This document shows positions 29,215-38,586 of a stretch of DNA of 64,000 nucleotides, piece by piece. Source of the DNA: an uncultured Lachnospiraceae bacterium (lineage in GTDB: Bacteria > Bacillota > Clostridia > Lachnospirales > Lachnospiraceae); NCBI GenBank assembly GCA_964544055.1, contig CAZJAA010000009.1, forward strand, positions 5,459 to 69,458. The letters are read 5' to 3'. A program made the translations under genes and the position numbers. Under the pieces are notes generated by a model. That model ran no database searches and had not been told where the DNA came from. It worked only from the letters and a program-made list of their open reading frames with translations. Every line of letters starts with the position of its first letter. The stretch's first letter is position 1.

Positions 29215-30435
29215 TTACGCATCCTCACAAACCTGGAAGATGAAGAATTTTAAATAATAGGACTCCTCCGAAGACCACAAAATCGGATGATCCGGAGCCT
29301 GCGTCCGATATTCCACCTGCTTTAATCTGCGGTGCACGCTTTTTGCTGCCTGTCCAATTACTTCGGTAAAAAGCTCCGGTGTCATAAAATGAGAACAGGA
29401 ACAGGTTGCAAAAAAGCCGCCCGGTTTGACAAGCTTCAAACCTCTCATATTAATTTCACGATAGCCCTTCATGGCATTCTTTACGGAATTTCTGGATTTC
29501 GTAAATGCCGGAGGATCTAAAATGACTACGTCAAACTGTTCGCCCTTTTCTTCCAATTCCGGCAGAAGTTCAAATACATCTGCACAGACAAAGGAAACCG
29601 TATGTTCCAGACTATTTAAACGTGCATTTTCTTCTGCCTGACGGCAGCCAAGGTCGGAAGCATCCACACCAATAACCTCTTTTGCTCCTGCAATTCCTGC
29701 GTTTAAGGCAAACGAGCCTGTGTGGGTAAAGCAGTCAAGCACACGCGCATCTTTGCAAAGCTTCTGAATTGCCAGACGATTGTATTTCTGATCAAGAAAA
29801 AATCCGGTTTTCTGTCCGTCTTCCACATCTACTATATATTTTACGCCGTTTTCCACAATTTGTACCTTCGTGTCAAACGCTTCCGACAAAAAGCCCTTTT
29901 CTCGCTTCATCCCCTCCTGCTCCCGTACTTTGGCATCACTACGTTCATAGATTCCACGGATTGTAATTCCATCCTTTGCCATTTCCTCTTTCAGCAGTTC
30001 AAGAATCACCATTTTGTAACGATCCATTCCAAGTGCCAAAGACTGTACAACTAAAACATCCTCAAACTTGTCAATTACCATGCCCGGCACATAATCCGCT
30101 TCTCCAAAAATCACGCGGCAGCTGCTGGTATCCACCGTTTTCTTCCGGTATTCCCACGCATCCTGTACACGTTTTCTGAAAAAATCCTCGTTAATGACAG
30201 CATCCTTATTTCTGGTAAGCAGGCGAATCGTAATTTTGGAATTTCGATTGATAAAACCAATTCCCAACGCATAACCATTGCAATCCTTTACCAGTACAAG
30301 GTCTCCGTTTTCTGCTGTTCCGGTAACTGATTCCAGCTCATTGTCATACACCCACAGTCCGCCTGCCCTGAGTGTTCTTCCTTCTCCCTTTTTTAAACAA
30401 ACTATTGCTTTGATTTCGCCATCCAATTTTTCCAT
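29215..30435 (-). CDS. Class I SAM-dependent rRNA methyltransferase (RlmI/YwbD-like, PUA plus MTase domains)
   Basis: It has a PUA-like N-terminus (KKGEGRTLRAGGLWVYDNEL), GFFLDQKYNR, VLDCFTHTGSFALNA and ILDPPAFTKS. Confidence 0.75.
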   Translation of the reverse strand: MEKLDGEIKAIVCLKKGEGRTLRAGGLWVYDNELESVTGTAENGDLVLVKDCNGYALGIGFINRNSKITIRLLTRNKDAVINEDFFRKRVQDAWEYRKKTVDTSSCRVIFGEADYVPGMVIDKFEDVLVVQSLALGMDRYKMVILELLKEEMAKDGITIRGIYERSDAKVREQEGMKREKGFLSEAFDTKVQIVENGVKYIVDVEDGQKTGFFLDQKYNRLAIQKLCKDARVLDCFTHTGSFALNAGIAGAKEVIGVDASDLGCRQAEENARLNSLEHTVSFVCADVFELLPELEEKGEQFDVVILDPPAFTKSRNSVKNAMKGYREINMRGLKLVKPGGFFATCSCSHFMTPELFTEVIGQAAKSVHRRLKQVEYRTQAPDHPILWSSEESYYLKFFIFQVCEDA

Positions 30436-30903
30436 CTATTTTCTCTCTTTCTTTTCCGAACCGGAAATAAAAACAAACACCTTACTGAACACATAGTTTA
30501 AAATGGTAACTACCACTGCCAGAACAAGCTTTACCGGCCAGAGTGGAACCGTCAGCACCGTTACAAAAAGCCAGATACCAAACCACTCCACTGCCAGGGT
30601 AAACAAACGTCCTGCGATAAATTTTCCGAATTTTAAAGCTTCTCCTGCGGCTTCTCCCTTTTTTTCAAGAAAAACCCAGTATTTATTGATAACATAGGCG
30701 AACAGTACGGCCACGATCCATGCCACTACCGTCACAAAATTTTCATTCCAGTGAAAGCAATCATAACCGAGAAAGGTTGCCACAAAATTCACAAGCGTAG
30801 TCAGCACCCCAGCAACCACATAAGTAATAGTTTCCCGATTTACAAATACTTTCCATAGCTTTTTTATTAGTTCCGCAAATGCATTCCATAGTTTTTTTAT
30901 CAC
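30436..30903 (-). CDS. GtrA-family membrane protein
   Basis: The 155-aa protein has four TM segments and the motifs YVVAGVLTTLVNF and NKYWVF, which are typical of GtrA-like proteins. It uses a GTG start and abuts the downstream gene. Confidence 0.65.
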   Translation of the reverse strand: MIKKLWNAFAELIKKLWKVFVNRETITYVVAGVLTTLVNFVATFLGYDCFHWNENFVTVVAWIVAVLFAYVINKYWVFLEKKGEAAGEALKFGKFIAGRLFTLAVEWFGIWLFVTVLTVPLWPVKLVLAVVVTILNYVFSKVFVFISGSEKKERK

Positions 30904-31228
30904 TGTTCTTTACTCCCTTTACTAAATCTTTGCCAGGTAGTTTTTGTCCCCCTCATAGGACAAAAACAGATCCAAAACAATTATATATTACCTTTTCCGA
31001 TTACTCAAGCCACTCTTTCATTTTTTTTATTTTTTTTAAATTTTCTGTTCCCTATCAAAACAAATTATGTTATACTTTTTTACAGGGAACGTTCTTGTTA
31101 CTGTAACAAGATACCATAAAGTAGCCACAGGAATCTGATTATTTCACAAATCATCCTGCAGCGGCAGCAAAACCGCTCACACCGGTTTCTGCCAGCGTCT
31201 AAATTTTTTTAGGGAACGGAGAGTAACT

Positions 31229-32587
31229 ATGAGAGAAAAGTACAGCAATTATTTTCATTGGGGAGTAACCGTGTGTTCCGTTATTACATTCGGTGTGTTA
31301 TTCTTTTTCTTTATTTTCCGGATGGACGCATTTCTTGCCTTTTTAGGAAATGTACTCTCCATTCTGACGCCAATCATTCTTGGTGCAGTCATTGCCTATT
31401 TGATAAATCCACTGGTTACCCCGACAGACAAGTTTATTTTTAATCTTGCCAAGCGCTGTCACCTTTCTCCGAAAGTCGCCGATTTCCTCGCCAAAGCCAT
31501 TTCCATTACCTTATGGCTCGGTCTTTTAGTCGCCGGCATCTGTGCTTTGTTTTCCATGATTGCTCCGGAGCTTTACAGCAGTATTTTAAAGCTTACCAGT
31601 GATTTTAAAGGCTACGTTAACGTTATCTATGACTTTATTAACGAACACCTGCAAAACAACCCACAGCTGTTAAAATTCACGGAAGAAGCCCTGACTACAT
31701 TAACAACTACCGTAAACAACTGGGTAAACAACGAACTGATTATTCAGGTGCAAAACCTCATGGCAAAGCTCACCGTCGGCATTTCTTTTGTTGTCACCCT
31801 GGTAACCAATATCGTAGTAAGCCTGATTGTATCCGTTTACCTGCTTATCAGCAAAAAACGTTTTCTTGGACAGTTAAAAAAACTGCTATATGTCTTTTTA
31901 AAACCGGAAACTGCCAATGTGGCACTTTCCATTTTCCGGCAGGTTAATAAAATTTTCGGTGGCTTTATTTCCGGAAAAATTATTGACTCACTCATTATCG
32001 GTATTCTCTGCTTTATCGGAGTTTCCATTTTAAATATGCCTTATCCGTTGTTAATCAGTGTTATTGTTGGCGTTACCAATGTAATTCCTTTCTTTGGTCC
32101 TTACATTGGTGCAATTCCAAGTGCTTTTCTCGTATTACTGATTGATCCGGGCAAATGTCTGATTTTTGTTATTTTTATTTTCCTGCTTCAGCAGTTAGAC
32201 GGAAATGTCATTGGACCAACCATTTTGGGCGATTCCACCGGTTTGTCTCCATTCTGGGTAGTTGTTTCTATTCTGGTAGGTGGCGGGCTTTTCGGCTTCA
32301 TCGGAATGCTCCTCGGAGTTCCTACTTTTGCCGTATTCTACTTCCTGGTTAAGACCTTTTCCGAATTTCATCTAAAGAAAAAAGAACTGCCCGTGGATTC
32401 CCTGCTCTACTGCAAAATCGAACGGATTGACCCGGATACAGGAGCACCGATATTACTTCCGAAGCAGCCGGTCAAACGCAAAAAACAGCAAACAGATCAT
32501 GGTCTGATGGAGGCATTAAATGTCATCTCAAACAGAAAAAAACAGCGTAATAATGCTGACACAAACGATTCCGACACCAAAAAATAA
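31229..32587 (+). CDS. AI-2E family transporter (second copy, divergent from the first)
   Basis: The family block reads VTNVIPFFGPYIGAIPSAFLVL...FLLQQLDGNVIGPTILGDSTGLSPFWVV. The protein is 452 aa with a basic C-terminal tail. Confidence 0.8.
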   Translation: MREKYSNYFHWGVTVCSVITFGVLFFFFIFRMDAFLAFLGNVLSILTPIILGAVIAYLINPLVTPTDKFIFNLAKRCHLSPKVADFLAKAISITLWLGLLVAGICALFSMIAPELYSSILKLTSDFKGYVNVIYDFINEHLQNNPQLLKFTEEALTTLTTTVNNWVNNELIIQVQNLMAKLTVGISFVVTLVTNIVVSLIVSVYLLISKKRFLGQLKKLLYVFLKPETANVALSIFRQVNKIFGGFISGKIIDSLIIGILCFIGVSILNMPYPLLISVIVGVTNVIPFFGPYIGAIPSAFLVLLIDPGKCLIFVIFIFLLQQLDGNVIGPTILGDSTGLSPFWVVVSILVGGGLFGFIGMLLGVPTFAVFYFLVKTFSEFHLKKKELPVDSLLYCKIERIDPDTGAPILLPKQPVKRKKQQTDHGLMEALNVISNRKKQRNNADTNDSDTKK

Positions 32588-32690
32588 TTCAGAATTTTAA
32601 GGCTTTTGCAGAAATAAAGCCTTAAAGCAAATAAGAAAGCAGTACATTTTATAATTTCAAAGCAATACAAACTTTCCGGTAATGGAAAAC

Positions 32691-32726
32691 AAGGCTGCCT
32701 AAGTGTAGGCAGCCTTTAATTTTTTT
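32691..32726. terminator. Bidirectional terminator shared by the AI-2E gene (+) and sigK (-)
   Basis: The stem AAGGCTGCCTA (32691-701) pairs with TAGGCAGCCTT (32706-16), followed by TAATTTTTTT on the plus strand. The hairpin overlaps the last codons and stop of sigK. Confidence 0.65.
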
Positions 32727-33319
32727 AATGCTTTCTTTTCAATTCGTGATACATAGCTTCTGGAAATACACAGGCGTTCTGCAATTTCGCGCTGAGTCAC
32801 TTCTCTTCCACCGGACAATCCATAGCGTAAAAGAATAATCTCCTTTTCACGTCCGTTCAGCACTTTATCTATGTATTCCCGTAGCTTACTCAAGTTCTGC
32901 TGTTCTTCCATTCTGCTGACAACATCTACTTCTTCTGCTACGCAGATGTCTAACAACTGAATCGTATTTCCTTCCTTATCAGAGCCGATTGGATCATACA
33001 AAGACACCTCTTTTGACTGCTTTTTGCTGCTTCGCATCAGCATAAGGAGTTCATTTTCAATGCATCTTGACGCATAGGTTGCCAGACGTATTCCCTTTTG
33101 TGGATTGAACGTGTCCACCGCCTTAATCAGTCCAATCGTACCGATGGAAATCAGGTCATCTGTTTCGTAAATCGTATTATTGTATTTCTTCACAACATGC
33201 GCCACCAGGCGCAGATTATGCTCAATCAGACGATTTCTACAGGATAAGTCTCCCTCTCTCATCCCCTGCAGCAGTTGTTCTTCTTCCTGCGTTGACAATG
33301 GCTGTGGAAAAACTTGCAT
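32699..33319 (-). CDS. sigK: Sporulation sigma factor SigK, with no pro-sequence
   Basis: FPQPLSTQEEEQLL, NRLIEHNLRLVAHVVKKY, DLISIGTIGLIKAVDTF and TQREIAERLCISRSYVSRIEKKAL match B. subtilis mature SigK (AFPQPLS, LIEHNLRLVAH). An in-frame TGA lies 3 codons upstream of the ATG. Confidence 0.8.
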   Translation of the reverse strand: MQVFPQPLSTQEEEQLLQGMREGDLSCRNRLIEHNLRLVAHVVKKYNNTIYETDDLISIGTIGLIKAVDTFNPQKGIRLATYASRCIENELLMLMRSSKKQSKEVSLYDPIGSDKEGNTIQLLDICVAEEVDVVSRMEEQQNLSKLREYIDKVLNGREKEIILLRYGLSGGREVTQREIAERLCISRSYVSRIEKKALKKLKAAYT

Positions 33320-33396
33320 ATCGTTTCAACCTTGTTTCAAAGGTTACTATTACTTTATGCAATGACACTTCGTCCTGTGATGTTTTTCTTTTTAAT

Positions 33397-34665
33397 CTAT
33401 TCTTCTGCTTTTTGACGGAGCAGATCAAACGCTTCTACCGGGCAGGAAAGCTTTACAAATATTTTCTGTTTCGGATGTGGGCAGCTTTCCATGGCATTGC
33501 CCTCTTCATCCACAATTTCCAGAACCTCTGCCGGAATATTCTCTCCGTCTTTTTTCATAACCTCTACGACATCACCAACAGAAAATTTGTTTCTCTGCTC
33601 CATGACAGCTGTGCCATTTTCGGTTACGCTGCCGACAATTCCCAGATAGGTGTATTCTTTCACATAAACGTTATTGTCATAAATCTGCGCCTCTGCCTTT
33701 GGCTTGTCAAAAAAGAAACCTGTGGTAAACTGCCGATAGGTACACTTTGCAATTTCTTCGCAGTAATAGTCCAGATTTGCCTGATACTTTTCCGGTGCTT
33801 CAAAGAAATCGTCAATGGCACGGCGGTAGGTTCTTGCTACCGCAGCAACATAAAGTGCTGTTTTCATGCGTCCCTCTACCTTTAAACTGTCTATTCCGGC
33901 ATCAACAATTTCCGGAATATATTCAATCATACACAAATCTTTGGAATTAAAAATATACGTTCCACGATCATTTTCAAACACTGGCAGATATTCTCCCGGA
34001 CGATTTTCTTCCATCAGATAATATTTCCAACGGCATGGATGCGTACAAGCTCCCAGATTGGCATCCCGTCCGGTAAAATAGTTGCTGAGCAGACATCTGC
34101 CCGAATAGGAAATGCACATTGCACCATGGATGAACGTTTCGATTTCAAGCTCCGGCGGAATATTTTCCCGCAGTTCTTTAATTTCTGCCAGGGAAAGCTC
34201 TCTTGCAGACACCACTCTGGTTGCTCCCATGCGATGCCAGAACCGAAACGTCCCATAATTTACATTATTTGCCTGAGTACTGATATGAATCTCAATTTCC
34301 GGTGCATACTCACGTGCAAGATCAAATACCCCCGGGTCGGAAATAATCAGTGCATCCGGACGTACTGGCGTACCATCTTCTGCCACATCCAGACAGGATA
34401 ATTCCTTAAAATATTCCGTCACTCCCTCTAAATCACGATTATGCGCTGTGATATTTGCAGTTACATATACTTTTTTTCCATGGGCATGGGCAAACTTGAT
34501 TCCTTCTGCCATATCCTCTCTCGAAAAATTTTTTGCCTTTGCACGCAGACCATACATCTCACCACCAATATACACCGCATCTGCACCATAAAACACTGCA
34601 ACCTTCAATACTTCTAGGCTGCTTGCCGGAATTAAAAGCTCCGGTTTTTTCTTTCCTGCCATCAT
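33397..34665 (-). CDS. Peptidase U32 family protein (YrrO/TrhP-like, implicated in tRNA ho5U34 formation)
   Basis: The 422-aa protein reads ELLIPASSLEVLKVAVFYGADAVYIGG...EIHISTQANN...HGAMCISYSGRCLLSNY. It sits next to a TrmR-like O-methyltransferase, as in the B. subtilis yrrM-yrrN-yrrO cluster. Confidence 0.75.
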   Translation of the reverse strand: MMAGKKKPELLIPASSLEVLKVAVFYGADAVYIGGEMYGLRAKAKNFSREDMAEGIKFAHAHGKKVYVTANITAHNRDLEGVTEYFKELSCLDVAEDGTPVRPDALIISDPGVFDLAREYAPEIEIHISTQANNVNYGTFRFWHRMGATRVVSARELSLAEIKELRENIPPELEIETFIHGAMCISYSGRCLLSNYFTGRDANLGACTHPCRWKYYLMEENRPGEYLPVFENDRGTYIFNSKDLCMIEYIPEIVDAGIDSLKVEGRMKTALYVAAVARTYRRAIDDFFEAPEKYQANLDYYCEEIAKCTYRQFTTGFFFDKPKAEAQIYDNNVYVKEYTYLGIVGSVTENGTAVMEQRNKFSVGDVVEVMKKDGENIPAEVLEIVDEEGNAMESCPHPKQKIFVKLSCPVEAFDLLRQKAEE

Positions 34666-35348
34666 ACTTTGTTCGTACTCCTTTCAAACGGTATGTCCTG
34701 CCGTTTCACACTGACTGCCATACCATCTCCTACCGCCACAATGGAGGTCGTCAGCAACTCATTATGTTTCAGTTCATACAGATATTCCCGCATTCTCATA
34801 TGAATAGTTCTGTCTCTTCTTGTGATACTGTACTTGGACTCCACAATAGATCCCTCCTGCAATACATTATCCGTTACCAGCAGAGCACCGGACGGTAGCA
34901 TTGGGAGTATCTGCTTTAAAAAGCTCATATACTGTGCCTTTGCTGCATCCATAAATACAAAATCATACCGATTTTCCTGCTCTCTCAGGTTGCAAAGAAC
35001 CTCTTCGGCATCTCCGGTCAAAAAAGTCACATCCTGACTGCGCTTTAATGCCGCCAGATTTTTTTCTGCTTCCACAATTCGCATCGGAACCTTTTCAATT
35101 GTTGTAAGTTTGCAGTTTTCCGGCATATATTCACACAACAAAGAGGCGGAAAAGCCAATTGCTGTTCCCACCTCCAGGATTTTCTTTGGTTGCTTTAGTT
35201 CCAGAAGCATCTTAAGAAAGCTTTGTGCCTCTTTTCGGATAATCGGTACCTCATGCTCTATGGCATAAGCCTCCAGCTTTGCCAGATGCTCCGGAAGTTC
35301 TGTTTCCAGGGAATTTAAATATTCCACAAGTCTTGGTTCTACAATCAT
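34662..35348 (-). CDS. trmR: SAM-dependent O-methyltransferase (YrrM/TrmR-like, tRNA 5-hydroxyuridine methyltransferase)
   Basis: ILEVGTAIGFSA, FVFMDAAKAQY and the conserved mltG-yrrM-U32 neighbourhood support the call. I moved the start to ATG 35348. It has a 4-nt ATGA overlap with the U32 gene. Confidence 0.6.
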   Translation of the reverse strand: MIVEPRLVEYLNSLETELPEHLAKLEAYAIEHEVPIIRKEAQSFLKMLLELKQPKKILEVGTAIGFSASLLCEYMPENCKLTTIEKVPMRIVEAEKNLAALKRSQDVTFLTGDAEEVLCNLREQENRYDFVFMDAAKAQYMSFLKQILPMLPSGALLVTDNVLQEGSIVESKYSITRRDRTIHMRMREYLYELKHNELLTTSIVAVGDGMAVSVKRQDIPFERSTNKV

Positions 35349-35349
35349 C

Positions 35350-35769
35350 TTATTGCTGCTCCTCCGGCAGTTTCTGCACAATAGAATTCGAATAGTCTGT
35401 TATCTGAGCCAGTATTTCATCATACGTCATGGACGTATTTAAAATATATGTGCCCGCAAGTATTTCGTAATCCATCAGTTTTACTTTCAAATAAAAGGAA
35501 TAACGATTGGAAATCAGTCGATTCATTTCCAGAGCGGCTGCAACCTCCATGGTGGAAGCCCCTTCATTAATTGTAATTTCCGCATTAATTCCCGGCTCTG
35601 CATCCATGGTTGTTGTGCCAAACACCTGATAGCAAAAATCTTTTGCTGTCACACCTACCTTATAGATTGCAAAAATGACAACCGCATAAAAGATAACATT
35701 CAGCAATAGGTGCAGAATAAATCCTGCAACGTCTATTACTACCTTTGTTCCATCACTTTTCTGCGCCAT
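35350..35769 (-). CDS. MltG/YceG-like N-terminal fragment protein (TM helix plus LysM-like domain only, 139 aa)
   Basis: The TM helix is VAGFILHLLLNVIFYAVVIFAIY. ITINEGASTMEVAAALEMNRLISNRYSF...LAGTYILNTSMTYDEIL matches the YceG N-terminal module. No catalytic domain follows before the stop. Confidence 0.55.
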   Translation of the reverse strand: MAQKSDGTKVVIDVAGFILHLLLNVIFYAVVIFAIYKVGVTAKDFCYQVFGTTTMDAEPGINAEITINEGASTMEVAAALEMNRLISNRYSFYLKVKLMDYEILAGTYILNTSMTYDEILAQITDYSNSIVQKLPEEQQ

Positions 35770-35800
35770 GCTGCTCTACCTCTCTTTCATCGGTTATTCC

Positions 35801-37807
35801 CTATGCTTCCACTTCCACAATAATTGGCAGAATCATTGGATTTCTCTTGGTACGTTTCCATACGAAATCTCCCAGAGAATCCTTAATGACATTTTTCATC
35901 TTACTCCAGTCTGCACTGTTGCGGTTTAAACATTTATCCAGCGCATCCTCAACTACAACCTTTGCCTCCACAAGCAGATTTTCGGATTCTCTTACATAAA
36001 CAAAGCCCCGGGATACAATGTCTGGTCCTGTTAAAATTTCATTGGTATATTTTGCAAGTGTCACCACGACTACAAGCAGACCATTTTCTGATAAATGCTG
36101 GCGGTCACGCAGTACAATATTTCCAACATCTCCTACACCAAGACCGTCCACTAAAATTCCCTGTGCTGTTACTTTATCCACGACTCTTGCCTGTTCGGCA
36201 TCCATTTCCAGCACATCACCGGAAGAAAGAATAAACACATTATCCTTTTCCACGCCCATGGTCTGTGCAAGCTCGGCATGACGCACCAGATGACGGTATT
36301 CTCCATGTACCGGAATGGCATATTTGGGCTTTGTCAGGGCATAAATCAGTTTTAACTCTTCCTGACAGGCATGTCCGGACACATGGGTATCCTGGAAAAT
36401 AACCTTGGCACCCATTCTGGACAGATCATTGATAATTTTGGAAACATGCTTTTCATTTCCAGGGATTGGCGAGGAACTTAAAATAACCGTATCTCCCGGC
36501 ATAATTGAAACCTTTTTATGGATATTGGATGCCATACGGGATAAGGCAGCCATTGCCTCGCCCTGGCTTCCTGTTGTAATCAAAACAACCTTTTCCGGTG
36601 GGTAGTTTTTAATCTGGTCAATATCAATCATTAGGTTGTCCGGAATGTTGATATAGCCAAGCTCCGAAGCCGTAGTGATAATATTTACCATACTTCTGCC
36701 TTCAATTACAACCTTGCGGTCAAATTTGATGGCGGTATTGATAATCTGCTGTACACGGTCAACGTTAGATGCAAAGGTTGCCACAATAATCCGGTGGGCT
36801 GTATTTTCTGCAAACAGGTTGTCAAAGGTTTTTCCTACGGTACGCTCCGACATGGTAAAGCCCGGCCGCTCCACATTTGTGGAATCGGCAAGTAACGCCA
36901 GTACACCCTTCTTTCCGATTTCGCCAAGACGCTGTAAATCAAAGCTGTCACCAAAAACCGGTGTATAATCTACCTTAAAGTCTCCGGTATGAACAATCGT
37001 CCCTACCGGTGTATAAATGGCAAAGGCGGCAGAGTCAGCAATACTATGGTTGGTGCGGATAAATTCAATGCGGAAGCAGCCAAGATTAATGGACTGCCCA
37101 TGCTTGATTACCTTACGCTTTGTTGTTTTTAACAGGTTATGCTCTTTTAACTTGTTTTCAATAATGCCCATTGTCAGCTTTGTGGCATAAATCGGTACGT
37201 TCACCTGTGGAAGAATATATGGCAGGGAACCAATATGATCCTCGTGGGCATGTGTGATTACAAAGCCTTTCACCTTATCGATATTGTCTTTTAAATAGGT
37301 GACATCCGGAATTACCAGGTCAACACCAAGCATATCCTCCGTTGGAAATGCAAGACCACAGTCCACGACAATAATCGAATCTTCATACTCATAGGCAGTA
37401 ATATTCATACCAATCTGCTCTAAGCCACCTAAAGGTATGATTTTTACTCCATGAAGCTCTGGAAGTTTTTTCTTTTTTGCTCCCTCCGCAATTGTTTCTG
37501 CAACGGTGGTTTTCTTTCCCCGGCTTTTTGCTGCAGGCTTTTTTTCTTTCAGAACCGCTGCTGCTTCAGGCTTTTTCATCTGCTCCTTTTTTTCTGTTTT
37601 CTTTGCCGTTTTCATTTCCGGTGCATTTTTTTCAACAGAAACTGTTTTTTCTTTTTTTGCAGATACTTTTTCCTGCTTATCCGATTTTGCAGCGGATGCC
37701 ACAGCTACTTTTCTTATCCTTCTGCCTACTGCTTCCATCTTTTTTTCTACAGTTGTAGTATCGTTTTTCGGCAACTCTTCCTTTGTATTTACTTTTTTAC
37801 TTCTCAA
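35801..37807 (-). CDS. rnj: Ribonuclease J with a Lys-rich N-terminal extension of about 115 aa
   Basis: Motifs are KIIPLGGLEQIGMNITAYE, ITHAHEDHIGSLPY, the beta-CASP region and HVSGHACQEEL. It uses a TTG start at 37807, preceded by GGAGG plus 6 nt. Confidence 0.85.
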   Translation of the reverse strand: MRSKKVNTKEELPKNDTTTVEKKMEAVGRRIRKVAVASAAKSDKQEKVSAKKEKTVSVEKNAPEMKTAKKTEKKEQMKKPEAAAVLKEKKPAAKSRGKKTTVAETIAEGAKKKKLPELHGVKIIPLGGLEQIGMNITAYEYEDSIIVVDCGLAFPTEDMLGVDLVIPDVTYLKDNIDKVKGFVITHAHEDHIGSLPYILPQVNVPIYATKLTMGIIENKLKEHNLLKTTKRKVIKHGQSINLGCFRIEFIRTNHSIADSAAFAIYTPVGTIVHTGDFKVDYTPVFGDSFDLQRLGEIGKKGVLALLADSTNVERPGFTMSERTVGKTFDNLFAENTAHRIIVATFASNVDRVQQIINTAIKFDRKVVIEGRSMVNIITTASELGYINIPDNLMIDIDQIKNYPPEKVVLITTGSQGEAMAALSRMASNIHKKVSIMPGDTVILSSSPIPGNEKHVSKIINDLSRMGAKVIFQDTHVSGHACQEELKLIYALTKPKYAIPVHGEYRHLVRHAELAQTMGVEKDNVFILSSGDVLEMDAEQARVVDKVTAQGILVDGLGVGDVGNIVLRDRQHLSENGLLVVVVTLAKYTNEILTGPDIVSRGFVYVRESENLLVEAKVVVEDALDKCLNRNSADWSKMKNVIKDSLGDFVWKRTKRNPMILPIIVEVEA

Positions 37808-37823
37808 GTCAATCCTCCATTCT

Positions 37824-38111
37824 TTATTCCCCGGTTACCAGTTCGAATTCATCTAATAATTCTTCGAACACAGCTGCAACCGCAGATAATTCTTTTTCAT
37901 CTTCAACTATATCATAAAGCGCTTCCTCTGCGCTTTCATTCGGAATTTCTTTTAAAATAAGTGCTTCTTCCTCTTCGCCTTCCACATCATCCAAAACAAG
38001 AAGATAGGTAACACCGCCAATTTTGGTTTCTTCTATCACACGGAATACGGCAACTTCACCGTCCTCTGTAGTAAAATTTACTGTTGTATCCTGGTTTTTA
38101 TTCATTTTCAC
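37824..38111 (-). CDS. DUF1292-family small acidic protein (YrzB-like)
   Basis: The 95-aa protein reads [27 protein letters not shown]...LILKEI. It is positioned after ruvX, as in the B. subtilis yrzL-yrrK-yrzB cluster. Confidence 0.7.
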   Translation of the reverse strand: MKMNKNQDTTVNFTTEDGEVAVFRVIEETKIGGVTYLLVLDDVEGEEEEALILKEIPNESAEEALYDIVEDEKELSAVAAVFEELLDEFELVTGE

Positions 38112-38574
38112 CCAATCCTTCCGATTTTGTCTGTACCGTCTCTGAGGATTTCTGGTTTGCCAGATAATCCAGATAACCCTGCAAAATAAATACGGCAGCC
38201 AGCTTGTCCACCACCTGCATCTTTTTTTTCAGACTTACCTCACCCTGATCAAGCACACGATGCGCTGCAACGGTAGTAAGGCGTTCATCCCAGAGCGTTA
38301 CCGGCAATCCGGTTCTTCTTTTAAGGTCTTCTGCAAACTCCTCTGATTTCTGTGCACGTTCTCCTACCGTATTGTTCATGTTTTTGGGATAGCCCAGCAC
38401 AATCTGTTCTACCCCATACTCTTTTACCAGTTCTTCAATTCTCTGAAACGTCTGGCGAAGTTGGTTTTCTTTTTTTCTGCGAATTGTTTCAATGCCCTGC
38501 GCCGTCAGCAAAAGCTCATCACTGATTGCAACGCCAACGGTTACAGAGCCATAATCCAGACCCATAATTCTCAT
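38098..38574 (-). CDS. ruvX: Holliday-junction-resolvase-like / pre-16S rRNA nuclease RuvX (YqgF)
   Basis: Motifs are [36 protein letters not shown] and DERLTTVAA. Confidence 0.85.
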   Translation of the reverse strand: MRIMGLDYGSVTVGVAISDELLLTAQGIETIRRKKENQLRQTFQRIEELVKEYGVEQIVLGYPKNMNNTVGERAQKSEEFAEDLKRRTGLPVTLWDERLTTVAAHRVLDQGEVSLKKKMQVVDKLAAVFILQGYLDYLANQKSSETVQTKSEGLGENE

Positions 38575-38586
38575 TGTATTTTTTCC

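Noticed and set aside
33237-33428. 63-aa ORF overlapping the sigK start, considered as a frameshifted pro-sequence
   Set aside because: It lies in a different frame, is basic and hydrophilic rather than hydrophobic like pro-SigK peptides, and overlaps the 3' end of the U32 gene. I consider it spurious.
37451-37960. Several 90-170-aa plus-strand ORFs rich in F, L, C and S
   Set aside because: They are the antisense reading of the Lys/Glu-rich RNase J N-terminal coding region (AAG/GAA versus CTT/TTC). This is a compositional artefact.
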